A stretch of DNA of 64,000 bases from the human T2T-CHM13v2.0 reference genome, Homo sapiens. This document shows positions 14,530 through 26,530 of the stretch, piece after piece; positions within the stretch are counted from its first letter, which is position 1, and each line of letters begins with the position of its first letter. A program made the position numbers and the translations under genes. Where the stretch lies: the NCBI RefSeq assembly GCF_009914755.1, contig NC_060933.1, one strand, 5' to 3'. The notes under the pieces were generated by a model. It was not told where the DNA came from, made no database searches, and worked only from the letters and a program-made list of their open reading frames with translations.

Positions 14530-14917
14530 GTAGGAGAACCTGTCTGCATTGCTCACTTGGGAAAAACAGCAAGACAGATTGTATTCAAGCCACTGGAGTA
14601 AGTGAAGGACTTTAGAACCAAGCTCAGTTCAGACGCAGTGAAGACAGCTGTGGATGCCCAGCCCACGAGCAGAGTGAGGGTCCGGGCTGGAAACCACTCA
14701 CCTGGTTAGACACCAAGGGCAGGAGTTCCTGTTAAAGGCAGGCCGAGGATTTAGACATTGATGGTCAGGGGCGAGGAATCTGATCCAATGCAAAGGATGG
14801 GAGGGTTCTCAGTATAACAAGACTCAGCCAGCCATGGACACGAAGGCCAAGGTCAAGGCCTAGTTGAGAAGGGGCTCAGCCCCGGCTCGCAGTGGGTCAC
14901 GGAGGGAATCTGTGCCA
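14530..14917 (-). mobile_element. ERV1 LTR, MER31-like (diverged)
   Basis: Shares aaaaacagcaagacagatt, cagagtgaggg and taaaggcag motifs with the LTR at 49525-49949. Confidence 0.6.
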
Positions 14918-14969
14918 GTCAGTTGCCTGCCCACAAAGGCTCACCACAAACCATGCTGGTCCCTCCGTG

Positions 14970-15905
14970 GGAGGATGGTTATACAGGGAGAATGATGATT
15001 ATACAGGGAGGAGGGCCAGTGAGAGAATAATGGTTATACAGGGAGGTGGGATGGCGACAGGATGATGGTTATACAGGGAGAAGGGACGGCAAGAGGATGA
15101 TGGTTACACAGGGAGGAGGGATGGCGAGAGGAAGATGATGGTTATACAGGGAGGAGGGATGGTGAGAGGATGATGGCTACACAGGGAGGAGCGACAGCGA
15201 GAGGACGACGGTTATACAGAGAGGAGGGATCGTAAGAGGAAGATGATGCTTATACAGGGAGGAGGGATGGCTAGAGGATAATGATGGTTACACAAGCGGG
15301 ATGGCGAGATGATGATGGCTATACAGGTAGGAGGGATGGTGAGAGGAAGATGATGGTTATACAGGGAGGAGGGATGGTGAGAGGAAGATGATGGTTACAC
15401 AGGGAGGAGGGACGGCAAGAGGATGATGATGGTTACACAGGGAGGAGGGACGGCAAGAGGATGATGATGGTTACACAGGGAGGAGGGATGGTGAGAGGAA
15501 GATGATGGTTACACAGGGAGGAGGGACGGCAAAAGGATGATGATGGTTACACAGGGAGGAGGGACGGCAAGAGGATGATGATGGTTACACAGGGAGGAGG
15601 GATGGTTATACAGGGAGAAGGGATGGCGACAGGATGATGGCTATACAGGCAGGAAGGATGGCGAGAGGAAGATGATGGTTACACAGGGAGGAGGGACGGC
15701 GAGAGGATGATGGTTATACAGGGAGGAGGGATGGCAAGAGGATGATGGCTATACAGAGAGGAGGGACAGCGAGAGGGTTATGATGGCTACACTGGGAGGA
15801 GGGACGGCGGGAGGACGATGATGGTTATACAGGGAGGAAGGATGGCGAGATAATGATCATTCCACGGGGAGGACGGACAGTGAGAGGATGGTGGTTATAC
15901 AAGGA
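14970..15905 (+). repeat. VNTR, 35-38 bp unit (~25 copies)
   Basis: Repeated gatgatggtta(c/t)acagggaggaggga(c/t)ggc(a/g)agag(gat); e.g. atggttacac at 15391 and 15429. Confidence 0.95.
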
Positions 15906-16299
15906 GGGCAGTAGGAGCTGCGTTTTCTTTTAAATTATCTAAATGTTTAAATTTATCTTTTTTAAAAAATTAAGAGAAATTATTTAAATGACAGGCAGCT
16001 GCTCAAAGATTCCACTGAAGTGGAAGGGTGCCCCCATCTTTACAGCAGAACGAAGGAATCCTGCACATCAGGGCTGGGTGGGCTGTGGCTGGAGAGTCAG
16101 GCTGGCTAGGCCAGGAGAGGCTCAGGATAGCCGTCCGCAGCCAGCACCCTCGTGCTGGTGCCTTGGACTGTGCGTCCTCACAAACAGCCGAATCCTGCCT
16201 TGTTCCTTTCCCAGGGCTGTTGTAGCAAAAGACCATGAATGAGGGGCCTTCAACCCCCAGGAATTCCTTCCCTTGCTGCCCAGAGGCCGGGAGCTCAAC

Positions 16300-16512
16300 A
16301 TCCAGGTCAGTGGGGCGTCACCCCAGTCTCTGCTGCCATCTTCCGCGTGTGTCTCCGGAACCCCCTTCCCCTCCTAAGGCCACCCCCCCTCAGTACAACC
16401 TCATCTCAACCTGACTACACCTGAAAGACCCTGTTTGCAAATGAGGTCTCTTTTGCAGGTATTGGGAACTAGGACTTCCCCATATCTTTCTGGGGGACAG
16501 AGTTCAACCCCA
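16300..16512 (-). mobile_element. MaLR LTR (MLT1-type) fragment
   Basis: acctcatctcaacctgactacacctgaaagaccctgtttgcaaatgaggtc...ggaactaggactt...gggggacagagttcaaccc. Confidence 0.75.
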
Positions 16513-17002
16513 CGACACCCACTAAATGCCTGTATTGCTCCTGTAGCCCCTGGAAAAGAGCCATGAACAAAACACACCCTGTTTGTCCTTGGGCAGCTTA
16601 TGTTCTACCGAGGACACACAGTAAACACAGAGATGATCATTTGCTGAGAGGGACAGGCCAGGGTGAAGGGGCGACGAGTGGGCCGCACTTTGGACGTGCG
16701 GTGGAGAGATCCTGACGCTGGAACAGAGCCCTGCTGGAGTGGGGAAGGACAGCCACGCGAAGGCCCGAGGGGCAGTTTTCTCTGCGTGCACAGGAATAGC
16801 AGGCGCAAAGGACCCTGAGCACAGGGGGCGGGGGTGGGGACTGCACTTCACCCGGAGGAACTTGACCCATAGCTTTATGCAAGTCCAAGTGTGGCCTGAG
16901 GTCAGTTACCGCCACCTGCCGGCGGCTACCCACAGAGCCCGCAGGATCTGACCCGATTATCTGCCACTCGGCCCTTCCTGTCCCTCCCTAAATAAGGCAC
17001 TC

Positions 17003-17990
17003 AGGTGGGCTGAATAACGGCTCCAAGTATGTCCACACCCTAAACCCAGAGCCTGTGAGTATGTTCCCTGGCATGGCAAAAGGGACCCTGCAGGTGGGAT
17101 TAGGTGAAGAGCCCTGGGATGGGGGCTTATCCTGGATTATCTGGGTGGCCCCATGAGCCACAAGAGTCCTTATGAGAGGGAGGCAGGAGGGTCCAAGTCA
17201 GAAAGGATATGACCACAGAAGCAGAGGTCAACGCGAGAGTCGAAGATGCCACTGTCAACCTAAGCAACAGAGACAGCTCGTCCAGTGATGCTGAGTGTAT
17301 CCAGGAGTGCATAGGCGGGGTTCCTGTCCTGGCTACAAGGGCTGTGGGGACCACAGGCATGTGCAAGGAGGTTGAGGCAAGGGGAAGCTTTTAAAGGCAA
17401 AGGGAGGCATGCACATAAGTTGTTTTGAAGCAAAGAGAACCCTGGTCACAGAGTCTTGTTGTGAGAGTTGACGTCAGTTCATGCCTGGAGATGGAGACAG
17501 CGTGTCAGGCAAGGGTTCTTGTGCATCCGACCAGCTGTCCCTGTGACTCAGATAGCAAGTGGCAGTTTGGAAAGTCCTTCGGAAAAGTTCTTGCTACAGG
17601 CATATGTAGATAAGAGCCCTTCAGAGAGCCTTTATGATAGTTCTTACCGCCGGCAGGTGTGTGGGGCAGGGAGGGCCCTTCTTAGCCTCTTGACTTTTTT
17701 TTTTTGTTAGGGTTTGACACAAGTGACTCTATTTTGATTCTGACAACTTTCACGTGATGTTCCCAGCTTTGAAGGTAGAGGAAGGGGCTACGAGCCAAGG
17801 AATGCAGGAGGCCTCTAGAAGCAGGAGAGGCAGGAAGGGGTTCTCCCCTGAAGCTTCCAGGAGGAGCCAGCCCCATTGGCACCTTGGTTTAGACCTTTGA
17901 CTTCCAGAACTGTAAGAAAATAAATGTGTGTAGTTTGAAGCCCCCAAGGGTGTGGCACTCTGTTCCAGCAGCTACAGGAAAGTCATGCAA
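17003..17990 (+). mobile_element. MLT1D-like MaLR LTR split by a nested ERV LTR
   Basis: 5' part ggtgggctgaataacggctcc... (17003-17251) resumes at ~17753 with gccaaggaatgcagg...ccagaactgtaagaaaataaatgtgtg. Confidence 0.8.
17252..17752 (-). mobile_element. ERV1 solo LTR (MER4-group, subfamily uncertain) nested in MLT1
   Basis: TG...CA termini (tgtcaacctaa ... gacaactttca), about 500 bp, interrupting the MLT1 colinearity. Confidence 0.65.
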
Positions 17991-19644
17991 GCAGCACTTG
18001 GATGCCAGTTCTGAGGCTGAGGCGGGGGAGCGGACGGAGAGGCCGCCTCCATCACAGTATCACCACGGGGTGGGTCCCACAGCGCAGGTCCCACAGGGCT
18101 CCTGCTGCTGCTGATACTCGAACTGCAGCAGGGGTGTCCTTCCTTCCCAGACCCGGCCACGGAACAGCCTTGGGAATGGGGAACCAGGACCAGCCACGGA
18201 GCCACAGAGAAGCAGAGGTCAGGGTGAAAAAAATTCAGGATGCTTCACAAATGCAAGCCAGGGGCCGACTGGAGCCCCAAGTAGAAGTGGGGTCTGTCTA
18301 GGTTGGGCTCTCCAGAAGCAGAGGCCACGGTGGAGTCTGGGAGCAGGACGTCCAGGAGGTCCAACGCCTGGAAGTAGCGGAGGCAGGACCAGGCAGAACG
18401 ATGCTGTGTGCAACCTGAAAAGCCTCTGGCCCACCTGGTAGGGAGCTCTGGGGTACACGGTCCTCATTGGAATATCCCATGGAATGGCTCCCCAGGAAGG
18501 GTGTGGGCTCAGTGGGGCAGCTCTTGGCAGCCCAGGCTGGCTCAGAAGATGCCGATGGCTGAGACTGTGGGCTGACTGTTCCCTGCAGCTGGGCAGTGAG
18601 GCCATGTGTGCAGAGGGTGTCTGGGGCCCATCTCCGTGTCTACCACAGTGCCCTGGGGATCATTTGAGTCCATCTGTGGCCAACAACAGACAGACCTCTG
18701 GCCATCTGCCATGAGATGGGGCAAGGACATTAAGGTTGGGTTCGGCTGCCACATCTTGCAGCTTGTGTCTAGCTTCCAGTGCCCTGGTTTTGAAGGATGT
18801 GCCAAATCCTACATAGACCTGCTGAGCCCCCGCCTTCCTCTGCTGCCTCCTTGGGGGTGAGTCCCCATCACTGAGTGCACGAGAAGAGACTGCCCGCTGG
18901 GATGTTACAGGTGGAGGAGAAGTCCTGAACCGAGATGGTAGTAAGAACGGCATATACAGGTGTCATGCTGGCTCGGTGAAGTTGAATATTTAACACACTC
19001 AATCCAGCAGCAGACACACTAGCACAAGTGCAAACAAGACCTTGATTCATTTCTTTCTTTTGTTCATTTACTCCACAAACATCTTCCTGGGGACTAATAG
19101 GTATGACATCCCTTCTATCCAGAGTCACACTGTGGACAGACCCTAACGTTAATTCTGGGGAATCTCTTATGCCCTTTGGCGTCTGCCAATCACACTTCTT
19201 GGTGTCTGATCCCCACGGCCACCTTCTCATTCACTTGGCTGGCAGCAAGCAAGAGCCTCCGTCATGAACAGCAAACTCAGCTTTCTACCAGGTCACTGAC
19301 CGCAAAGCCCTGGCTAGGAACCACCGGGATTCCAGTTCTCGCTTAGCCACCACCTTTCTTTGTGACCTTGAGAAAGTCCTCTACTGCCTGGACTTAGTTT
19401 CCATGTTGATATAAAATGTGGAAGCTGCCACCAAAGCCCTCTCCTGAATGCCACTCTATGCCTATGAGATCCAGGTCTCCTGCCTTCCGAGTCCCCTGGC
19501 CTGTGGCTCATTATCCCATTTCCCATGGCCGCGGGTGCCCTGAGCCTTCCCTTTGATATTTGTTCCATTTCTGAGAATGTGGTCAGGTCAGAGTCTCAGG
19601 AATGTCCCTCTTTGAGGCTGATGTCTGGACCACTGAGGTCTTCC

Positions 19645-20875
19645 TATGGTGTGGAATTGTTTGCATGGATGGCACCACCATGTCTCCCATCCCACGTGTA
19701 GGGCCCTTTTCAATGTGACCCTGCAGCTCCACTGAAAGTGGAGGCTGTTTCCTGCCCCTTGCATCTGGGCCAGCCTTGAGACTGGCTTTGAGCTGTAGAA
19801 AGTGGTGAGGAAGGTGGTGAAAATTGGGATCTCACAGCTTCCCCTCTGGCATCCCACTGCCCTGAGACACCATATAAAGAACGCAGGCCAATTAGAGAAA
19901 TGCAAATCAAAACCACAATGAGATACCATCTCACACCAGTTAGAATGGCGATCATTAAAAAGTCAGGAAACAACAGGTGCTGGAGAGGATGTGGAGAAAT
20001 AGGAACACTTTTACACTGTTGATGGGACTCTAAACTAGTTCAACCATTGTGGAAGACAGTGTGGCGATTCCTCGAGGATCTAGAACTAGAAATACCATTT
20101 GACCCAGCCATCCCATTACTGGGTATATACCCAAATGACTATAAATCATGCTGCTATAAAGACACATGCACACGTACGTTTATTGCAGCACTATTCACAA
20201 TAGCAAAGACTTGGAACCAGCCCAAATGTCCATCAATGATAGACTGGATTAAGAAAATGTGGCACATGTACACCATGGAATACTATGCAGCCATAAAAAA
20301 GGATGAGTTCATGTCCTTTATAGGGACATGGATGAAGCTCAAAACCATCATTCAGAGCAAACTATCACAAGGACAGAACACCAAACACCACATGTTCTCA
20401 CTCATAGGTGGGAATTGAACAACGAGAACACTTGGACGCAGGGTGGGGAACATCATACACCACGGCCTGTCATGGAGTGGGGGCAGGGGAGAGGGATAGC
20501 ATTAGGAGATACACCTAATGTAAATGATGAGTTAATGGGTGCAGCACACCAACATGGCACATGTATACATATGTAACAAACCTGCATGTTGTGCACATGT
20601 ACCCTAGAACTTAAAGTATTTTTAAAAAAAGGAAAAAAAAAAAAAAGAACCCAGACCATGTGGAGGACATGAGCCAAGCTAAGAGCTGGTGCTAACTACC
20701 ACTCAGATGAGTGAGGTCATCTGGACCATCTGGCACCAGGAAACTGCCAGATGTCTGCAACTGTAGGAGTAGCCCCAGCCAAGGCCAGCAGAAGAGCCAT
20801 TTGCTGAGCCCAGCCCAAATGCCAACCCACAGTCACAAGAGCATGAAACGGTAGTTGTTTCAAAGCCTGGTGTGA
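19645..20875 (+). mobile_element. MLT1F/G-like MaLR LTR interrupted by L1PA
   Basis: Typical MLT1F/G motifs (cccttgcatctgggccagccttgagactggctttg; gctgagcccagcccaaatgcc; gttgtttcaaagcc) on both sides of the L1. Confidence 0.7.
19891..20643 (+). mobile_element. L1PA 3' end (~750 bp, 5'-truncated), including ORF2 C-terminus and 3' UTR
   Basis: ORF 20047-20418 reads WKTVWRFL...KTWNQPKCPSMIDWIKKMW...HMFSLIGGN* (L1 ORF2p C-terminus). G-rich 3' UTR, tagaacttaaagta and poly-A follow. TSD aaagaac(g/c)cag(g/a)cca at 19876-19890 and 20644-20658. Confidence 0.97.
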
Positions 20876-22273
20876 AAGCCACCTCTTCCCTGAAGCTTCC
20901 CTTGACTTCCCCTCCACACACACTTTCCTCCTTTCCTCAACTCCTGTACTTTTGAATAAGCACCCCATTATTTACTAGTTGATTCTTTCTCGTCTTTGTT
21001 GTCTTCTTTGTAGTTGTTGCTGTTTAGTGGGCAAACATTCTACTTTCACAACTAGATTGTGAATGATCCAGGATTGGGAATTTAGACAGAGTGAAAACTC
21101 AGTAAGTAGTTGTTTGCTCTAAATATGGAGACCCCCTTAGTGAAGGGAAAGGGTTGGACAATTTGCGTTACTGGAATTCCAAGGCCGCCGTCCCAGCAGT
21201 GAGAAGTAACTCACTCGGGTGCCTTGGCACATAGCTTAGTGTGCAGGGACTCCAACTGAGCGGTGAGACGTGGGTGGCATCCTGGGTTTTCATCCAGCTT
21301 CCTGCTATGGAGGGGCACCAATTGGTATTTCTCCCAGCTATCAATACGGATTATTCCAGGACTTTGCTTCTAAAATGGCATTGCAACCTCTTAATCAAAT
21401 AATGCCTGAGGAGCATCGACAAATAATGCCCTTGCTGGCAGAGCAATTGCAAAATGACAGAAGAAGTTAGGGAAGAAGTGATAGAACAAGGCTCCCCAGA
21501 AAAGACCAAGGTGACTTGTGTGAAGGGTCACCTGGCTCAGAAATACAGGGAGACTCTTGGGGGTCCCTGCTTTCTCTGCAGTGGGCAGGGAGCAGGGGTC
21601 ATCTCCTCCTTGAGTAGTGACGGGGGAGCAGCCTGAACCCTTGGCCTTCCCCACCCTGGGAATGGCAGGTGAGAAGCCACCTGGCCTTGGCATGTGTGCA
21701 GGTCACGTGAGAGCAGAGGCATATGCAGGTGCCCAGGACGCATCTGGCCTCTTCTCTGCCACTGCCTGGAGAGGATGTGGGCCGTGAGAGCAGCACTGAC
21801 CTTGCTTCTGCCCCCACCCTCCCTGCTTTCTCCATTCTCTTCCCACCAAAGCCCGGGATATTCTCTGTCAATCTCCACCAGCAGTGGCGTCGCTCTGGTC
21901 TGTCAGGATCTGGGCTAGCTGCACTCAGCCGGAAGCCACAACTTTTCCACGTGGAAATTGGGATTTTCTGTGATGTGGCCCCATTCTCTGGTTTTGGCCT
22001 TCCTAGTGACAAGCTGGCTGAAATGGCGCCTGGTCCTTTACCCCACGGGGAAGGGCAGACCCAAAGCCAACTTCCCTCCATCTGCCCCCAGTAGGAGGGG
22101 GGTCCCCCGAGCTGGGGCTCAGTAGCCGCCTTCCCCAGCCTCTGCTGTGGCCTCCAGACACCCAAGCAGGCCCCCCACCCACCTGATTCAGAGAGATGGG
22201 AGCAACGGGGCCGCCTCCCTCCCGGGAGCTTGTGTTGGGATATGTTTGGGCCCAGGGATCAGAGACCTGGGTA

Positions 22274-22680
22274 CTACGTTAGTCTGTTCTTGCCTTGATG
22301 TTATGAAATGCCTGGGGCTGGGTGATTGATAAAGAAGAGAGGTGTAGTTGGCTCACACTTCTGCAGGCTATACAAGCGTGGCACTGGTACCTGCTCAGCT
22401 TCTGGAGAGGCCTCAGGGAGCTGTTATTCAAGGTGGAAGGCAAGGCAGGGGCAGGCACGTCACACGGCCAGAGCAGGAGCAAGAGGCAGAGGCAGGGGCC
22501 GGGGGCAGATGGCGCACACTTTCAGCAGCCAGACCTCACGAGAACTCATTCACTATGGCCAGCACAGTGCCTAGCCATGAGGGATCTGCTCCCGTGACCT
22601 AGACACCTCCCACCAGGCGCCCTTCCAACACTGGGGTCCCGTTTGAACATGAGGTTCGGAGGGGTGTCCAGACTGTGTGA
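22274..22680 (-). mobile_element. MST-family MaLR LTR (MSTB-like)
   Basis: ttagtctgttcttgcc...ttggctcacacttctgcaggctatacaag...ggcctcagggagc...acacctcccaccaggc...aacatgagg. Confidence 0.85.
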
Positions 22681-23807
22681 GGTGCCTTCTGCTCTTCAGC
22701 GGTGTGTGTGTCAGGGGCAGTGAATGAACGGGGGTCTCCCAAACCCACAGCACCGACCACTGTATCTGCTGTCTTTTCAGACACTAACAGGCAGGTGCTT
22801 TTAAAATCGGGAGGGGGTGGGGGCTGGACACTTAGCAGGATTGGGGAAAACAAACATTACTCTGCAGGTCGAGGCAGCTTGTGGCCACACAGGAAGGAGT
22901 GTCCTGGTCAGGGGTGTGAGGGGAGACTGAGGAAGTGGGGCCGCTGCCTAATGGTAGGAGACTGAAATCTCATGCAGAGATCACTGCCACCGATTCAAGA
23001 TGGTGCCGAGGGCGATGCCAGCCCCAGCACGAGGTGCCCACTGTCCACCCCGCGAGTGGGGAGGTGAACAGTGCTGTGCTTGGCAGGTGGCGCTGGAAAC
23101 CGGAACTGGGCTGGGAGGGTGGGATGAGCCTGGGCACATCGTGGGGAGCTCCTGCAGATGCTGGATGGAAGGACGGCTGCCTTCCTCCTCTCCCCAGGAA
23201 GCTGTGCTGACCTCTCCCTACTCTCCACTATACCCCTGGATCTGCAGAGGGCCCAGCTCACCACGGGGCATGTGGTCCACGTGTGACCTGTGTGCACATG
23301 CCTGGCTTCCCACTCACCCCTGAGGGCACCGGTGCAGGGATGCCACATTTATTTCCACGTCCCAGTGCCTGGTGTAGAGGCATGCTGCAAAAAGAAAACT
23401 CAAAACGCGTCTTTTGAAGGTCCCCTGACTAGGCCACGACCCACCACAGGTGGCCAGCCTCCTGGCCCGGAGTCCTTGGCCAGGTTTTGGGGCAGAATCA
23501 CCCATCAGAGATCCAGCAAGCTGGGCAGGTTTCTGCTTCTGCCTGGCTCGGCATCCTGCTGATGAAGACCTCTCGCCTTGCACCACAACAGCCCTGGGGG
23601 AGAGGTGGGTGAAAGGCAGGGCCACCCTGGCCAGCCTGGGCCCAGCCCGACTTGTCTTCACCTCTCTTTTTCCATTTCTTTTTAGAGTTTATTTGGAGCT
23701 CGTTTTTCTCCAACAACGTGAGAGGCACTTTGAAGAGCGAAGTCCCCTGTTTCCTGCTCTCGGGCAGGTATTTCGAGCTTGATGAAGTCCAGGCTTCTCT
23801 GTGAAGC

Positions 23808-25209
23808 TGTGTTCGGAATTGGTGGGTTCTTGGTCTCACTGACTTCAAGAATGAAGCCGCGGACCCTCGCGGTGAGTGTTACAGCTCTTAAGGTGGTGCG
23901 TCTGGAGTTTGCTCCTTCTGATGTTCGGATGTGTTTGGAGTTTCTTCCTTCTGGAGGGTTCGTGGTCTCGCTGGCTCAGGAGTGAAGCTGCAGACCTTCG
24001 CGGTGAGTGTTACAGCTCTTAAGGCAGAGCATCTGGAGTTGTTCGCTTCTCCCGGTGGGCTCTTGGTCTCGCTGGCTTCAGGAGAGAAGCTGCAGATCTT
24101 CGCGGTGAGTGTTACAGCTCATAAAAGCAGTGTGGACCCAAACAGTGAGCAGCAGCAAGATTTATTGCAAAGAGTGAAAGAACAGAGCTTCCACACTGTG
24201 GAAGGGAACCCGAGAGGGTTGCCACTGCTGGCTCAGGCAGCCTGCTTTTATTGTCTTATCTGGCCCCACCCACATCCTGCTGATTGGTAGAGCCCAGTGG
24301 TCTGTTTTGATTGGTGCGTTTACAATCCCTGAGCTAGACACAAAGGTTCTCCACGTCCCCATCAGATTAGTTAGATACAGAGTATCCACACAAAGGTTCT
24401 CCAAGGCCCCACCAGAGTAGCCAGATACAGAGTGTGGATTGGTGCATTCACAAACCCTGAGCTAGACACAGGGTGCTGATTGGTGTGTTTACAAACCTTG
24501 AGCTAGACACAGGGTGCCGATTGGTGTATTTATAATCCCTGAGCTAGACATAAAGGTCCTCCAAAGCCCCACCAGACTCAGGAGCCCAGCTGGCTTCACC
24601 CAGTGGATCCCGCACTGGGGCTGCAGGTGGAGCTGCCTGCCAGTCCCGGTGCCGTGCGCCCGCATGCCTCAGCCCTTGGGTGGTCGATGGGACCGGGCAC
24701 AGTGGAGCAGGGGGCGGCGCTCGTCGGGGAAGCTCGGGCTGCACAGGAACCCACGGAGCCGGGGGAGGCTCAGGCATGGCGGGCTGCAGGTCCCGAGGCC
24801 TGCCCCGTGGGAAGGCAGCTAAGGCCCGGCGAGAAATGGAGCGCAGCGCCAGTGGGCTGGCACTGCTGGGGGACCCAGTACACCCTCTGCAGCTGCTGGC
24901 CCGGGTGCTAAGTCCCTCATTGCCCGGGGCCAGCAGGGCTGGCCGACTGCTCCGAGTGCGGGGCCGCCAAGCCCACCCCCACCCGGAAGTCCAGCTGGCC
25001 CGCAAGCGCCGCACGCAGCCCCGGTTCCCGCTCGAGCCTTTCCCTCCACACCTCCCTGCAAGCTGACGGAGTGGGCTCCAGCCTTGGCCAGCCCAGAAAG
25101 GGGCTCCCACAGAGCAGTGGTGGGCTGAAGGGCTCAAGTGCTGCCAGGCAGAGGAGGTGCCGAGAGCAAGCGAGGGCTCTGAGGACTGCCAGCACGCTGT
25201 CACCTCTCA
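23808..25209 (-). mobile_element. Solo LTR12 (LTR12C-like, ERV9), full length 1402 bp
   Basis: Ends tgtgttcggaattggtgggttc... and ...ctgtcacctctca; 4-bp TSD aagc at 23804-23807 and 25210-25213. U5 repeats (cggtgagtgttacagctc x3), tandem gattggt CCAAT units and a CpG-rich U3. Confidence 0.97.
24240..24560 (-). promoter_or_regulatory. LTR12 promoter/enhancer: tandem CCAAT (NF-Y) boxes and TATA-like AATAAAAG
   Basis: Several gattgg on + (CCAATC on -) between ~24280 and 24525; cttttatt at ~24245 reads AATAAAAG on -. Matches established ERV9 LTR architecture; activity at this copy is not shown. Confidence 0.6.
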
Positions 25210-25769
25210 AAGCGAAGGGTCCTGTGGCGCTGGGCTGGCCATGGATCTGCTGCTGCTTGTCTCGGCCTCAGGTCCTGCCTGGAACTAAATCCTCAGAGCT
25301 GCCAGTGAGGCCTTGGGCCAGGTTCCGGCCGCGGGTGTCAGAGAAGAGAGACGGGGGGTCCCTTCTGGAACTCCACAGCGAAAATCTCTTGTGATACTCA
25401 AGGTGGGTTCCCACACCAAACTAAGATACACAGAGGCTCAAGAAGTCGATTTCATTAAGCGCTAAGTCTTCAAATTAATTTACTACGAAAACCATAAACC
25501 CCTTTTGTACAAATTCAAGGATGGCTGCTGAGTCCCTGGGAGGTTTGAGGCACCCCCATCCCCCCACCGCCCCTTCTTTTCCTGACGTTCATGAGGTCGG
25601 AATGGTCAGGTCAGCCCAGGACCCAGGCACAAAATTAGAAAAGCCCAGCTGTCGGCAAAGGAAGCAGCTTAAGAAGCAATAAGACCAGTGAGACTGAACG
25701 CAGGTGGAGGATCTAATGCACCCTCTGCAACTGGGCATGCTGGGGAAGGGCTGAGAGGGAGGCCCCCTG

Positions 25770-26530
25770 AGACGGAGGGTCTCCCAGAAGGAGGAAAAAT
25801 CCCCTGCAGAGGGTCTCCCGGAAGGAGGAAGGGGCTCCCCGGTGGAGGGTCTCCAGGAAGGAGGAAGAGGCCACCCCACGGAGGGTCTCCCAGAAGGAGG
25901 AGGGAGCCCCCCCGCGAGGGTGTCTCAGGAGGAAGGAGCCCCGCAGAGTGTCTCCCGGAAGGCGGAAGGACCCCCCTCCCTGCGGAGGGTCTCCAGGAAG
26001 GAGGAGGGAGCGCCCCCCGGCAGAGGGTCTCCCGGAAGGAGGAAGGCCCCCCGGCGGAGGGTCTCCCGGAAGGAGGAAGGCCCCAGAAGGCGAGGGAGCC
26101 CCCCGCCCCGGCAGAGGGTCTCCCGGAAGGAGGAAGGGCCCCCCTGCGGAGGGTCTCCCGGAAGGAGGAAGAGGCCCCCCCCCCACGGAGGGTCTCCCGG
26201 AAGGAGGAAAAAGTCCCTGCAGAGGGACTCCCGGAAGGAGGAAGAGGCCCCCCCCCGCGGAGGGTCTCCCGGAAGGAGGAAGAGGCCCCCCCCCGCGGAG
26301 GGTCTCCCGGAAGGAGGAAGGCCTCCCCCGCGGAGGGTCTCCCGGAAGGAGGAAGGGCCCCCCCGCGGAGGGTCTCCCGGAAGGAGGAAGGGCCCCCCCG
26401 CGGAGGGTCTCCCGGAAGGAGGAAGGGCCCCCCCACGGAGGGTCTCCCGGAAGGAGGAAAAAGTCCCTGCAGAGGGTCTCCTGGAAGGAGGAAGGGCCCC
26501 CCCCTCCCCGCCGCGGACGGTCTCTGGGAA
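25770..26530 (+). repeat. GC/CpG-rich VNTR, ~35 bp unit (~20 copies)
   Basis: gagggtctcccggaaggaggaagggccccccc(g/a)cg; gagggtct starts at 26333, 26368 and 26403. Confidence 0.97.

Noticed and set aside
20047-20418. 123-aa ORF with clear protein homology
   Set aside because: It is the C-terminal tail of L1 ORF2p in a 5'-truncated L1PA, not a host gene.
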